From Lama guanicoe (taxonomy: Eukaryota), in the NCBI GenBank assembly GCA_013239625.1, contig MU054117.1, positions 5,291,191-5,311,190 of the forward strand: DNA of 20,000 nucleotides, written 5' to 3'. Under the pieces are notes generated by a model. The model ran no database searches. It had not been told where the DNA came from and worked only from the letters and a program-made list of their open reading frames with translations. Below are positions 1 to 11,310 of this stretch, piece by piece; within the stretch, counting starts at the first letter, position 1, and each line of letters starts with the position of its first letter. Both the position numbers and the translations under genes were made by a program.

Positions 1-999
1 CACCTGCCTGCCCCTCTCTGGTTCCTCTCCTTCACCCCCACGGCCTCCCCTCTGCTTGTAGAGTGCCTGCCTAGCACTGGCTCTGGGAGGGGTCCTGCCT
101 CCCAGCCTCACTTACTCCTCCCAGTGTCCCTTGTAGGTCAGAGGACCCTGCAGCCAAGAGTGGGGACGTCTTGTTTATAGTGATTAGCTGACGCTCAGCA
201 CCACTTATATACAGGTTCTCGAGTCCCTGCCCCGGTACCTGGGGACTGTTTTCTGCTATGCTGGACTGGTCCTTTCCACTCCCTAGGATCCGTTGTGAGG
301 CCTTTAGCTGCATTTTCTCCCGTGCCCTCTTTTTTCTCTCCTTGTAAGTGGGTTTCCACTGAGGGAGAGGACAGCAGGCATCCGGGTTAGTGCTGCTGAA
401 AATCTGGTTCTTAGCTTTTAGGACACAGCTCTTCCAGGTTTGGGTGCTGGAACAGCTGAGACCACATACACACCTGTCTCCTCTCAGTGCTCATTATTGT
501 ACCCTAAGACCTCAGTCTCTCGGTCCCATAATTCTGCTTGGGAAACCCCATCCCCTCAAGTCTCTGCTCCGCCAGTGTTGACCAGATGCTGGTGAAGATT
601 ACCCTCCTGATGGCTCTCGCGTGCAGAGGTGGGTTTTGGTCCCATGAAATGGGGGGAGATAATGAGCATTCTGATACCAAGTCCCCGCCTCTTCCTCGGA
701 AAACTGTAGGCAGTTTCCTCAGCAGTTCCTTGAGGAGCAGGAACATTTCACTGAAGCCAGCAGTGTGTTTGTTTTCTTCGAAACACCATTCAGATTTATT
801 CTACCAAAAATTTATTCTTCAGCTTCATACAGCAGTGGACTTGCTCCTTGTGAGATGGTTGTCCTCGTCTCTCTGAACGTTGGATGATCTGAGGTGGGCA
901 CACATTACAGGAGTCTCCACCTTGAAATCCACGATGGGCATTGGCAAAAAATTACCCCTCCAAGCACAATGTGCAACACTAGACCCAATAACATTGACC

Positions 1000-1580
1000 C
1001 ACAACATTAAATAATTCAGGATATATTATTTTGTAACTTGTTTGTATAATGAATAATATATTTTAGACATTTTTCTATGCCACTAACTATTCCCTTATAA
1101 ACACTAAAACATTTTATTGTAATATTACAAAAATATAGGATATTATAGGGATAATATTGAAATTTTTAATTGTCTCCAATTATTATTTTGTGACTGAAAC
1201 TCAATATGCTCAGCTAATCATGCTGTGCTGGGCATTTTTGTTTTCAATGTTTTGGCTATTATGGAGAAAGCTGCTCTGAACTTCCCTGTAGTTAAATGTA
1301 AGCACCACCTACGAGTGTTTCTCTTAATCACATTCTAAGATTGGAATTACTGGTTTATAGGCTAGGAATACTTTTAAGGCTTTTGACAAAGAGACTAATC
1401 TCTGTGGGAAATGTTTGCACTGAATTTTATTAGCTCTATTCTGTATCAGAATGTTAGTTTCCACGTACCTTTCCCAACATTGTCTTTTTATCACGTTTTT
1501 ACATCTTTGGTAGTTTTGCAGGCAAAAGCTGGCATATATTAGCCAATTTAATCCTTCATTTGTGAATGACTTGCTGATGA
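1000..1580 (-). mobile_element. Old, degraded LINE-1 (L1ME-like) fragment
   Basis: AT-rich tract with motifs typical of antisense old L1 3' regions (ggaattactggtttataggc; agaatgttagtttccacgtacctttcccaaca). Boundaries are approximate. Confidence 0.45.
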
Positions 1581-1734
1581 CATTTGTCCTTTTTAACTGG
1601 GGATGTTTGTCATTTCTGTCATGATTTCTATTGTGGCTCCTTCTACCATGACTGCTGCTGCCACCGACCCCCCAGACCCCACATCGCATTCCCTCTCGTG
1701 GGCTCATTTGCAAGCCTACAAGGCAGAATATATT

Positions 1735-1875
1735 TATTTCAAAAAGCAGATCAGAAAACTGAGGGAAAGCAAAGTGAAACCCCTTGCCTAAGGTGAGACA
1801 GGCGGAAGCAGTAGAGGCAAGGTTTGAACCCAGGCAGTTTGGGTCCAGAGTCCTTGTCCCTGTGAACAATTCCAT
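1735..1875. mobile_element. MIR SINE fragment
   Basis: cagatcagaaaactgagg...ttgcctaaggtgagacag...gtagaggcaaggtttgaacccaggcagtttgggtccagagtc matches the MIR core. Confidence 0.75.
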
Positions 1876-2267
1876 TTGTTAAGCTGACAATGTTTCCCTC
1901 AGCTGATTGGTTTCATTTTACCTTTTCTCTGTTTTCAGATCCATGGAAGTTTCTAATATTAACCATCTATAAAATTTCCCTTTTATGTTTCTGCTTCCGA
2001 AGCGTCATTAAGAATATTCTTTTCCATTTCAAGTTTGAATAAATGATTGTATGTATTTTATAAATATATTTAAATATATTACAACACTAATAACTGTGAA
2101 AGTTATTTTATATAGGTATGAATTTATTTGTAATTTTACTTTGTTTTTTACTATATAATTCCTGAGTTTTGTCTTTTTGTTTTCTCACTGATTTCAATGC
2201 CGCATAAAGAAACATGGTAAATGACACCACTGCATTTTCCATACCTGCTTTTTGGAATTTATTTAGA

Positions 2268-2545
2268 CTTTCATTCCACAAATGTTTATTGATTTACAGA
2301 TAACCTCGTAGGGTATTGAATTCATACCGTTTGCACTTCACTAGGTGCTGGGGCCCCAGTGGTGATGAGTGAAGCGCTCCCTGGCCTGTAAAGCTAGTGA
2401 GGCTGGGCACCAAGACAAGAATTTATAATAAACTCTGACAAGTGCCATCAGCAGGGACACCAGCAGCGTTTCTGAATCTAGCTGGGAGAAGCCGAGAAGG
2501 CTTCCTTAAAGAAGTACAATTTAAGCGGAGGCCATGCATTCTGGA
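2268..2545 (-). mobile_element. LINE-2 3' fragment
   Basis: ttcattccacaaatgtttattga...ctaggtgctggg...gaaggcttccttaaagaagt is characteristic of the antisense L2 3' end. Confidence 0.55.
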
Positions 2546-2774
2546 AATGAAGTTGTTTACTATTTACAATGTATGGTATCGTTAATAGTGTCTAATATAT
2601 AAACCCATGTTTGCACACATGTTTCCTATAGGTCACTTTTATACAACATGATTTATTTTAAATAGTTTATTTCAACAATCAAATGCTGAGGCATATACAC
2701 TAAGCCTCCATAACTATTATTCTGTCATGTTTTCCTTGTATTTGCAAAACCTTTGTCCTATATGTATATATTTT

Positions 2775-5448
2775 CTATTTTACAGCTTTATTGAAATACA
2801 ATTTGTATATAATATTCTGTAAGTTGCATAATGTGATGATTTGAAATAGATGTATATTATGGAATGATATCTATCATATCACAGAGCTAGCTTTTTGTGT
2901 GAATTATGAGAACCTTTAAGATTGACTTTATTAGTAACATTCAAGTATAGAAGCCCGTATTATGAACCTTAGTCACGTGTACATTACATCCCCAGAACTT
3001 ATTATGTTATAGGTAGAAGTTAGTGCCGTGTAACCACTTTCACCCATTTTCCCCTCCACCAACCCTGCCCAGGCACCACCCATATACTCTGTTTCTATGA
3101 GTTCAGCTTCTTTTGGATTCCACACACAGATAAGGGAGATCAAACAGTATTTGTTTTTCTCTGTCTTGCTTATTTCATTTAGCATAAGGCCCTCAAGGTC
3201 CATCCATGTTGTCCCAAAGGCACAATTTCCTTCATTTTTACATGTATATCCATACCACCTACGCCTGTGTATACCTGTATCTAAATCTACAGATATACCT
3301 AGAAATCTCTCTCTATACNNNNNNNNNNNNNNNNNNNNNNNNNNNNNNNNNNNNNNNNNNNNNNNNNNNNNNNNNNNNNNNNNNNNNNNNNNNNNNNNNN
3401 NNNNNNNNNNNNNNNNNNNNNNNNNNNNNNNNNNNNNNNNNNNNNNNNNNNNCTTGCCAACCACTGTTATCTGTTGTCTTTTTGACAAGAGCCATTGTAA
3501 GAGGGGTGAGGTGATAGCTCGTGGTTTTGATTTGCTTTTTCCTGATAGTGATGTTGAGCATGTTTTCATGTACCTGTTGCCATTTGTTTATCTTCTTTGG
3601 GAACAATGTGTATTTATATCCTTTGCCTATTTTAAAATCAGATTATTTGTGTCTGTGTGTGTGTTTTTGCAGTTGACTCACGAGTTTCTCATATATATTG
3701 GATATTAACCTCTCTCAGACATGTAATTTGTAAGTAGTTTTTTCTATTCCATAGGTTGTCTTTTTATTTTGTGGATAGTTCCTTTTGCTCCACAGGAATT
3801 GTTTAGTTTGATGTGGTCTCACTGTTTATTTTGATTGTGTTGCTTGTGCTTTAGGTGTCATATCCAAAAAATTATTGACAAGACCCACGTGAAGAAATTT
3901 TTTCCTAAGAGTTTTATGGTTTCAGGTCTTAAATGGATTTAAGTCTTTTGTGCATTTTGAGTTAACTTTAGAGAGTAGTGTAAGATAGAGGTTCTAGTTT
4001 CCTTCTTTTGCACGTAAATATCCAGTTTTCCCAACACCATTGATTGGAAAGACTCTCTTTCTTCATTGAGTATTCTTGGCTTGCTAGTCAGACATTAGTT
4101 GACCTTATATGCACGGGTTAATTTCTGAGCCCTCATTCTCTGCTGTTGGTCTGTGTGGCTATTTTCATATCTTTGCTCCATGGTTTGATTACAATAGTCA
4201 TGGCGTATAGTTAGGAATCACAAATCCAGCTTGGTTTTTGTTGTTGTTGTTTTCTCAAACATTGCCTTGACTGTGAGGTCTTTCGTGTTTCACAATGAAG
4301 TTTAGTATTTTTCTTCTATTTCTGTGAAAAAGCCATTGGTCTTGATAAGAATTACATTGAACTTATAGATGGCTTTGGGTCGGATGCACATTTTAACAAT
4401 ATTAAATCTTCTAATTCATGAACATGGGATAGTTTTCCATTGATTTGTGTCTTCCTCAATTTCTTTCATCAGTCTTATACTTTTTATAAGATCTTTCACC
4501 TGTTGTAAAATTATTAAGTACTTTATTGCTCTTGATATAATTTTAATGAGATTATCCTCTTCATTTTTTCCCAATGTTTCACTGTTAATGTATAGAAGTG
4601 AAAATGGTTTCTGTACATTGATTTTGTCTCGTGTGACTTTGCTTAATTTGTTTATTCGTTCTAACAGTTTTTTACCTTGGTTGGAGTGTTAAGGTTTTTT
4701 ACATATATAGCATCATGTCATGTACAGAGACAATGTTAATCCTTCCCTTTCAGTTTGGATGCTTTTATTTCTTTTTTAGCTTAATTGCTCTGGCTGGGAC
4801 TTCCAGTACTATAAGAATGGAATAAGAGTAGACACACTTGTCTCATTTCTGATCTTAGAGGAAAAGCTTTCAACCTTTCATCATTGAGTGTCATATTAAC
4901 TCTGAGCTTCTCATATATGGTCTGTATTATGCTGAGGAATATTCTTTCTATATCTAAGGTTTTAAGAGGTTATTAAATTTAAGGATATTAAAATTTGTCA
5001 GATTTTTTTTCCTGCTTCTAGTGAAATGATCATGATTTTTATCTTTCATTCTGTTAATATAGTGTATCTCATATATTGACTTGCATGTTTAAGCATCCTT
5101 GCATCCTAAGGATTAATCTCATCTGATCATGGTGTTTAGTCCTTTTAATGTGTGTTGAATTCAGTTGGCTATATTTGTTGAGAATGTTTGCATTTATATT
5201 CATCAAGGTCATTGGCTTATAACTTTCTTTCCTTGGAGTGTCCTTACATGGCTGTGGTCTCAGGTTAATGCTGGCCATGTAAAATGACTTTGGAGGTGTC
5301 CGTTCTTCAGTCTTTTGGAATAGTTTAGAAAGGATAAGCATTATTTCCTCTTAAATATTTGGTAGAATACACCAATGGAAACATCTGTTCCTGGCCTTTC
5401 CTTTGGGAGATGTTTAAGTACTGATTCAATCTCTTTTCTCAGTATTGA
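2775..5448 (-). mobile_element. 5'-truncated, degenerate LINE-1 (L1MA/L1MB-like): 3' UTR plus ORF2 RT and C-terminal region; N-gap 3319-3452
   Basis: Minus-strand ORF fragments resemble L1 ORF2: LSKLFQKTEE...SFYMASINLRPQPCKDTPRKESYKPMTLMNINANILNK (5069-5341), TSYHLTPLTMALVKK (~3480-3525) and TTWMDLEGLMLNEISK (~3170-3215). T-rich 3' terminus at ~2775-2800. Confidence 0.9.
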
Positions 5449-5459
5449 TGTTTTTCAGT

Positions 5460-5763
5460 ATGCTGAGGCCTCCCTCAGTCCCTTGTCATGCAGGTCTCTC
5501 CACACACAGCTGACAACATGGCAGCTGGCTTCATCAGAGCAAGGGAGAGCAAGATAGGGCAGCAAGGGAGAGCAAGATAGGGCAAAAAGGGAGAAAGCAG
5601 AGTCGTCTTAAAAGCTAATCTCTTAAGTGACAACTCTTTACTTTTGCCAAATCCCATTTGTTAGATGCATGTCATGAGGTATAGTCACGTGTAGGGGGTC
5701 ACACAGGGACATGGATACCCAGAGGAAGGCTTCTTAGGGACGTTTTAGAGGCTGCTTATCACA
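5460..5763. mobile_element. MaLR LTR fragment (MLT1F/G/H-like)
   Basis: acaacatggcagctggcttcatcagagcaag...ttttgcca...ttagaggctgcttatcaca matches MLT1 LTR motifs. Confidence 0.65.
5538..5583 (+). repeat. Perfect 23-bp tandem duplication
   Basis: agcaagggagagcaagatagggc occurs at 5538-5560 and again at 5561-5583. Confidence 0.95.
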
Positions 5764-5994
5764 GTCCTCTGTTCCTAAGCTACATGAGAATGCCACGGAT
5801 GGGACAGAGAAAGAGAGGGAAGCTTTCTCCCTGGCATCATGGGCCGTGAGCTGTAACTGAGACAGGGGGTCTGGGCCCCTGGTGGTCTTGGGCATGTCTC
5901 CTGGGAGGGCAGCATCCAGAGTCCTCTGAAGGCCTGTCCTTGGTGGTGTCCCTGGAGCTGGGCTCTACAGGCTTGAGAGAAATAATTGAGTGTA

Positions 5995-6148
5995 TCCCTT
6001 CCCAGCCCTGTGTCCAGTGATGCCACACTGGTAGCTTAGAAATGAGCACTGTGGGAATATTTGCACCATAGAAATTAACAAATCCTATAGACCAGGCATT
6101 TTTTTCCCCTCAGAGAGCTCTTTTTAAAATATTTGTACCACCGCATTG
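5995..6148. mobile_element. MER63-like hAT DNA transposon fragment immediately upstream of the a1 acceptor
   Basis: tggtagcttagaaatgagcactgtgggaatatttgcaccatagaaattaacaaatcctatagaccaggcattttttt...taaaatatttgtaccaccgcattg resembles the recalled MER63 consensus end. Confidence 0.55.
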
Positions 6149-6201
6149 TCTCCTAAAATCTCTCCTATGTCTTGTGTTCTGTGTCTGTGTCTCTCTTGCA
6201 G

Positions 6202-6522
6202 CTCTGGAGCTGAGGCTGATGGATGGAAGCCACCGCTGCGAGGGGAGAGTGGAAGTGAAGCACCAAGGAAGATGGGGCACCGTGAGCCAGTACCTCTGGG
6301 ACTTGCAGGATGCAGCTGTGGTGTGCAGACAGCTGGGATGTGGAGATGTTTTTCAGGCTCCCATAGCATCGTATTTTGGACCAGGGGTTGGCCCCATTTG
6401 GCTTTTGAATGTTTCCTGTGAAGGGACAGAGTCAGCTCTCTATGACTGTTCTAAAAATCCTATTAAAGACTACACTAGTGATGGCTGGTCCCATAATTGG
6501 GAAGCTGGAGCAGTCTGCTCAG
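6202..6522 (+). CDS. WC1: WC1 SRCR domain a1 exon (321 nt, six-cysteine a-type domain)
   Basis: Acceptor ctctcttgcag|CT, donor TCAG|gtaaga; open frame [48 protein letters not shown]...IKDYTSDGWSHNWEAGAVCS. It lacks Cys2 (WGTVS) and Cys7, as WC1 a1 domains do. Confidence 0.95.
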
Positions 6523-8680
6523 GTAAGACCTGATCAGTGTGGGAGGGGACCCCCAGCAGGAAGAGCCTCAGTCTCATTCCCAGAATAACTGTGAGCCTTC
6601 AGAGCACACCTGGGTGAAGACTCCAGTAACACAGTGCTTTCTTGAGGATTAGGTGCTCAAGGCAGCATAAGGGCTGTTTGGCCCTGGGCAGTAAAGGCCC
6701 CAGACCTATGGGTCCCTGGGCCCTCAGCGCTCTGTGATGTGTTTCAAGAGGCAGAGTGCTGAGGTTAAATGTTTCACAGAGGTACAACTGCTGAGCTGGA
6801 CCTCTGTGACTTAGTTCCATCATGGGAGCTGTTTTGTGTTCGTTTATGAGATGGTCGGTCCGGTGCAGGTACGAGAGAGGGGCGACAAACACAGTTAATT
6901 GTACTCCTGGGTCCTAGAGGGACAGAGTCGCCACGCGCCATAAGGGAGATACGTGGGGGATGTGCCAAGGGAGCAGACTCAGCCAAGCACGGGGAGCCAA
7001 AAGAGAGAGTGAAGACCTGTGAACATGTGACAATATTGGGCGTCAGGGTGGAGTTACACAGGCAAAAGGGGTGAAGGGATTTCACTGGTGCATCTGAGCA
7101 TCACTAGGTCACAGTCAGGGGAGGGAAGACAGGGGATTTGTGGTGGGGGTTAGTCTTTGCTCATTGCTGCTCCTGGTCACCTGGGTGGGGTGCTCACATC
7201 AGGTTTGTGGGGATTTTGAGGCAGCAGGAAAATATAAAGTTCTAAAATCTACAGTGCAGTAGCTGGAGGAAAGCAAGTATTAATGGCAGTGAGGACAAGA
7301 GAACTGGAAAGTGACTCATAAGAAGTGCTCCATCCTGTCTAAGTGTGTCTGACCAGAGCCAAGGTGGAGGCAGTAAAGACAGCAGTGAACCTAGAGTGTG
7401 AGTGAGTGGTCAGAGAATTTACCAGAGATGTGTCCAGTTGGTATTACAAAGATGGATGAGATGTCCAAGACATAAATCCCATGAGAACACCTGGAATGGA
7501 GGAAGAGATCAGATATCATAGTGAATTCCCTAATGCTTGTGGTTGGGTCCTAGAAGAGGACCAGCTAATCTGAAGGGATGATGGGATGGGGGAGCCCGAA
7601 GGACATTTGCAATAAGCCCTCAGTAGCCAATGCCAATCAGCTCTTTTGTGTTCTGTTGGGGACGATCATCGGAAAAGGGATCTTTTCCAGCCTCACTTTC
7701 CGCAGACCTTTGATAATACTCATTTAGGGTCCTAAGAAAATAATGACTTTCATTTTGAAGCTAGTTTATTGAGGTGTGATTGACATACAGAAAGCTGCAC
7801 CTATTTAATGTTTACAACAACTGCTAGGTTATCAAGAGAAATGACTAGGACCTCCCCTTCTCTCTCCTGTGGCTCTCTGAGCTTTCTCAACACAACTTAA
7901 CAGATTCATCTTCTTCCCGTTTTGAGTCACCTAAGAAATTCATGGGAATGTTTTGTCTCCAAAAATTATCAAAAAATAAAACTTTATGCAATAAAAGTGG
8001 ATTGGTTACAATGTGTGTATTTTTTCTCTTGAGCCATCATCTATCTGCAGGTCAACTTGCACTCATGGATCCAGCCCTCGGGATTTTCTCTACCTAAATC
8101 AATGGAGGATTGGCTCTTTGGAGAGAAATCTGATCAGAATATCAATCCCATAAGACTCAGGATGGTTTTCTAACTTTGTCTGGATGATGGGTCTCTACTG
8201 TCACAGCCCAGGTCCCTGTGGGTTGATTCTATTCTTCATATCTCTGTACTCAAATTTGAGTGTGCAGAAGTTTATGTATTACTGATGTGGGCTCTGTAGG
8301 CCCAACGATCTTAAATTAGAAATTCACTTCTCCGACCAATGCTCTGAAATGTATGTTCCTGGTATTCAGTCATTCTGGATGACCTGTCCTGAGCCCTGTA
8401 GTTTCTAGATCCCTAGATAAGGGATTCACATTTCTAACCAATCTCATTATATATGTTCTTGGGATTCAGCCATTCCAAATGGCCTCTGCAAATTCTTCTG
8501 GATTTCTCTACAGCAACTGTCTTGTGAAATGCGGTTATAACACTAAATGACAAATTCCCTCTCCATGCCCCGCCTTTGGAGAAAAAGTTTTGCTTCCACG
8601 CCATTGCCTGTGACATGTTATTTCCCAATTGCCAAGAAGATCATGAACACTTACTGGGTTTATTTGCTTGTTTCTCTTAG

Positions 8681-8989
8681 GATTTGTGCATCTGATTGGA
8701 GGGCATGGACCCTGCTTAGGACAAGTAGAAGTGCATTCTGGAAAAGAGTGGACTCCAGTGTCTGATGGGAACTTTACATTCCTCGCAGCCCAGGTCATCT
8801 GTGCAGAGCTGGGCTGTGGCAAGGCTGTGTCTGTCCTGGGACACGTGCCCTTCAGAGAGTCAGATGGTCGAGTCTGGGAGGAAGAGTTCGCATGTACCGG
8901 GGAGGAGCCTGAGCTCTGGTCCTGCCCCAGGGTGCCCTGTCCAGGAGGAACCTGCCGCCACAGTGGAGCTGTTCAAGTTGTCTGTTCAG
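8681..8989 (+). CDS. WC1: WC1 SRCR domain b exon (309 nt)
   Basis: Acceptor tttctcttag|GA, donor TCAG|gtgaga; GFVHLIGGHGPCLGQVEVHSGKEWTPVSDGNFT...AELGCGKAVSVLGH...CPRVPCPGGTCRHSGAVQVVCS, a b-type domain signature. Confidence 0.95.
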
Positions 8990-9081
8990 GTGAGATGCAG
9001 ATCAGGACTCTAACCTCCCTGCACACCCTGGTCAGGTAAGAAAAACATGAGATTTTGCTGAGCTCCTGTCTTTTCTACCAG

Positions 9082-9402
9082 CATACACAGAAGTGCGGCT
9101 CATGAACAATGGCACGTCTCAGTGTGAGGGACAAGTGCAGATGCGTATTTCTGGAGGATGGAGAGCGCTCTGTGCCTCCCACTGGACCATGGCCAACGCC
9201 CATGTTGTCTGTCATCAGCTCGGCTGTGGAGTCGCCACCTCCACCNNNNNNNNNNNNNNNNNNNNNNNNNNNNNNNNNNNNNNNNNNNNNNNNNNNNNNN
9301 NNNNNNNNNNNNNNNNNNNNNNNNNNNNNNNNNNNNNNNNNNNNNNNNNNNNNNNNNNNNNNNNNNNNNNNNNNNNNNNNNNNACACAGCCTCTCTGCTC
9401 AG
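9082..9402 (+). CDS. WC1: WC1 SRCR domain c exon (contains N-gap 9246-9383; apparent 5-nt deletion at the 3' end)
   Basis: Acceptor ttttctaccag|CA; AYTEVRLMNNGTSQCEGQVQMRISGGWRALCASHWTMANAHVVCHQLGCGVATST...; after the gap, ACACAGCCTCT-CTGCTCAG|gtaaga (N-T-A-S...C-S). Confidence 0.88.
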
Positions 9403-10109
9403 GTAAGAGAGAGGGAGGGGCTGACTGATACTCAGGATGCTCCTTGTGGAAAATGTCCCCAAGAGCAGAGAATGAGGGAAAATGGCTTCAAAAGTTAAAT
9501 ATTTCATGATGAAATATGTTTTTCCTCATCATTTATTCATTTTTTGAGATGAGGTCGAGAAGCATTAACGGGAATAATATTTTAAAAATAAACATAAGTA
9601 TTTAAGTATAATCACAGACAACAAAGGATATGCATTCAGTGTACACCTCAGTGAAGGGTTTTTTTCCGGTTCTGAATCATTTGAGAATTAGTATACACAT
9701 CAGATTCCTTTACTAGGTACCTCAGCATATATTTCTTAAGTATAAAGGTATTCATTAAAATTCAGGAAATTTCAATCTCATGAAATATTATTAAGTGTTT
9801 AGCTTGAAATACATCTGAGATTAAGGTTGGTTGCTTTTTGTGTTTTTATAGTAGAAAGATTAAATTATAAATTCAATATTTTTAATAAATCAAGATTATT
9901 TAGATTTTCTATTCATTCTGGTGTCATTTCCTGTGGTGCTATTCAAAGAATTTCTCCACTTTTTGCTAAATGTTGAAAGGTTTTGGCAAAGGGGAAGTGA
10001 CACCAGCAAGATGTGCCTCCTTTTTGCCCTTCTTTTTACCAACGAATTAACCATACATCCATGATTAAAAGTGCCTCTGTGAAAGTTGTGGGATGCAATA
10101 TCTTATAAC

Positions 10110-10709
10110 AAGAAACAGTTGGATGGTCAACAGGCAACATGCAGAATGGGAGAAAATATGTGTAAAAGCTATATAAGATCAGGGATTAATACCCAAAATA
10201 TATTAAAAAAAATAACTCTACAACTCAATAGCAGAAACCCAAACAATTTGTCTGAAATTGAGCAGAGAAACTGATTAAAGATTTTCCAAAGAAGACATTC
10301 AAATGGCCAACAGATGCATGAAGGGTGCTCAACATCACCAGTCATCAGGGAGATGCAAACCATAACCATAATGAGATGTTACCTTATAGCGTTTAGAGAG
10401 ACTATCATCCAGAAGACGAGATACACACGCAGGTGAGGAAATGTGGACAAGTGAAGCCTGTGCTCTCTTGGTGGGAATGTAAATTGATCCAACCACTACG
10501 GAAAACAGTATGGAGTTTCCTCCAAAATTAAAAAATAAAGCTACCGTATACTCTAGCATTCCTAATTCTGGGTGTGGACTTCAGGAAATGAATATAGGAT
10601 ATTGAAAATATGGCTGCACTCCCATGTTCATTGCAGCAGTATTGACAATAGCCAAGATACAGAAACAAGTCACGTGTCCTTCAACACATAAACGAATAAA
10701 GAACATGTG

Positions 10710-10761
<52 letters not shown>

Positions 10762-11195
10762 ACATTATGCAACCACGAGAAAGAGGAGACTTCTGCCATT
10801 GGTGACAACATGGATGGACCTTGACGGCATTGTGTTTAGTAAGGTAGATTATACGGAGAAAGAAGAACATTGTGTATCATTTTTATGTGGAATCTTAAAA
10901 AGCCTTACTTGTAGAAACAGAGAGTAGAATGGTGGTCACCATGGACTGGGAGGTGGGGGAATAAGGATTTGTTAGAGGGTACAGAATTGGAAGATGAATA
11001 GATTCTGGCGATCTAAGGTGTAGTATAGTGATTGTAGTCAACAATACTGAATTATAAACTTCAAAATGGCTAAAAGAGTAGCTCTTAAATGTTCTCATTG
11101 TGAAAAAGAAAGCATAATTATGTGATGTGACAGAGGTGTTAGCCAAAGCTACACTGGTAATAGTATTACAATATATAAATGTATCAAATTAAAAA
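10110..11195 (+). mobile_element. LINE-1 3' fragment (L1MA8-10-like ORF2 C-terminus plus 3' UTR)
   Basis: cagaatgggagaaaata...agaagacattcaaatggccaacag...atgctcaacatcacca...ggaaaacagtatggagtttcctc...cccatgttcattgcagca...acaacatggatggaccttga...tataaatgtatcaaat are canonical L1 3'-end motifs. Confidence 0.9.
10712..10756 (+). repeat. (CA)n microsatellite, ~22 units
   Basis: Uninterrupted ac repeat inside the L1 fragment. Confidence 0.97.
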
Positions 11196-11310
11196 TATGC
11201 TCTGGGGAAAAAAACCCAAAAGCCCTGGCAAAAGATTATTCATAATATCCTCTTAACCTCTTTTTCATGTGTATATGTAGGGTAGTAATAGATCTTTTTT
11301 GTTTCTTTTC

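Noticed and set aside
180..215. gctgacgctcagca quasi-palindrome (Maf/AP-1-like) followed by ttatata
   Set aside because: Spacing does not match a canonical MARE, such short motifs occur by chance, and there is no evidence for a transcription start.
1324..1875. 183-aa minus-strand ORF
   Set aside because: Runs through MIR and old L1 relics; no coding signature.
2973..5341. Minus-strand ORFs with reverse-transcriptase-like peptides
   Set aside because: Fragmented, frameshifted relics of LINE-1 ORF2, not a functional RT gene or a novel retroelement system.
6720..7300. Possible ERVL-type LTR relic in the a1-b intron
   Set aside because: Only a vague resemblance; family and boundaries cannot be supported without RepeatMasker.
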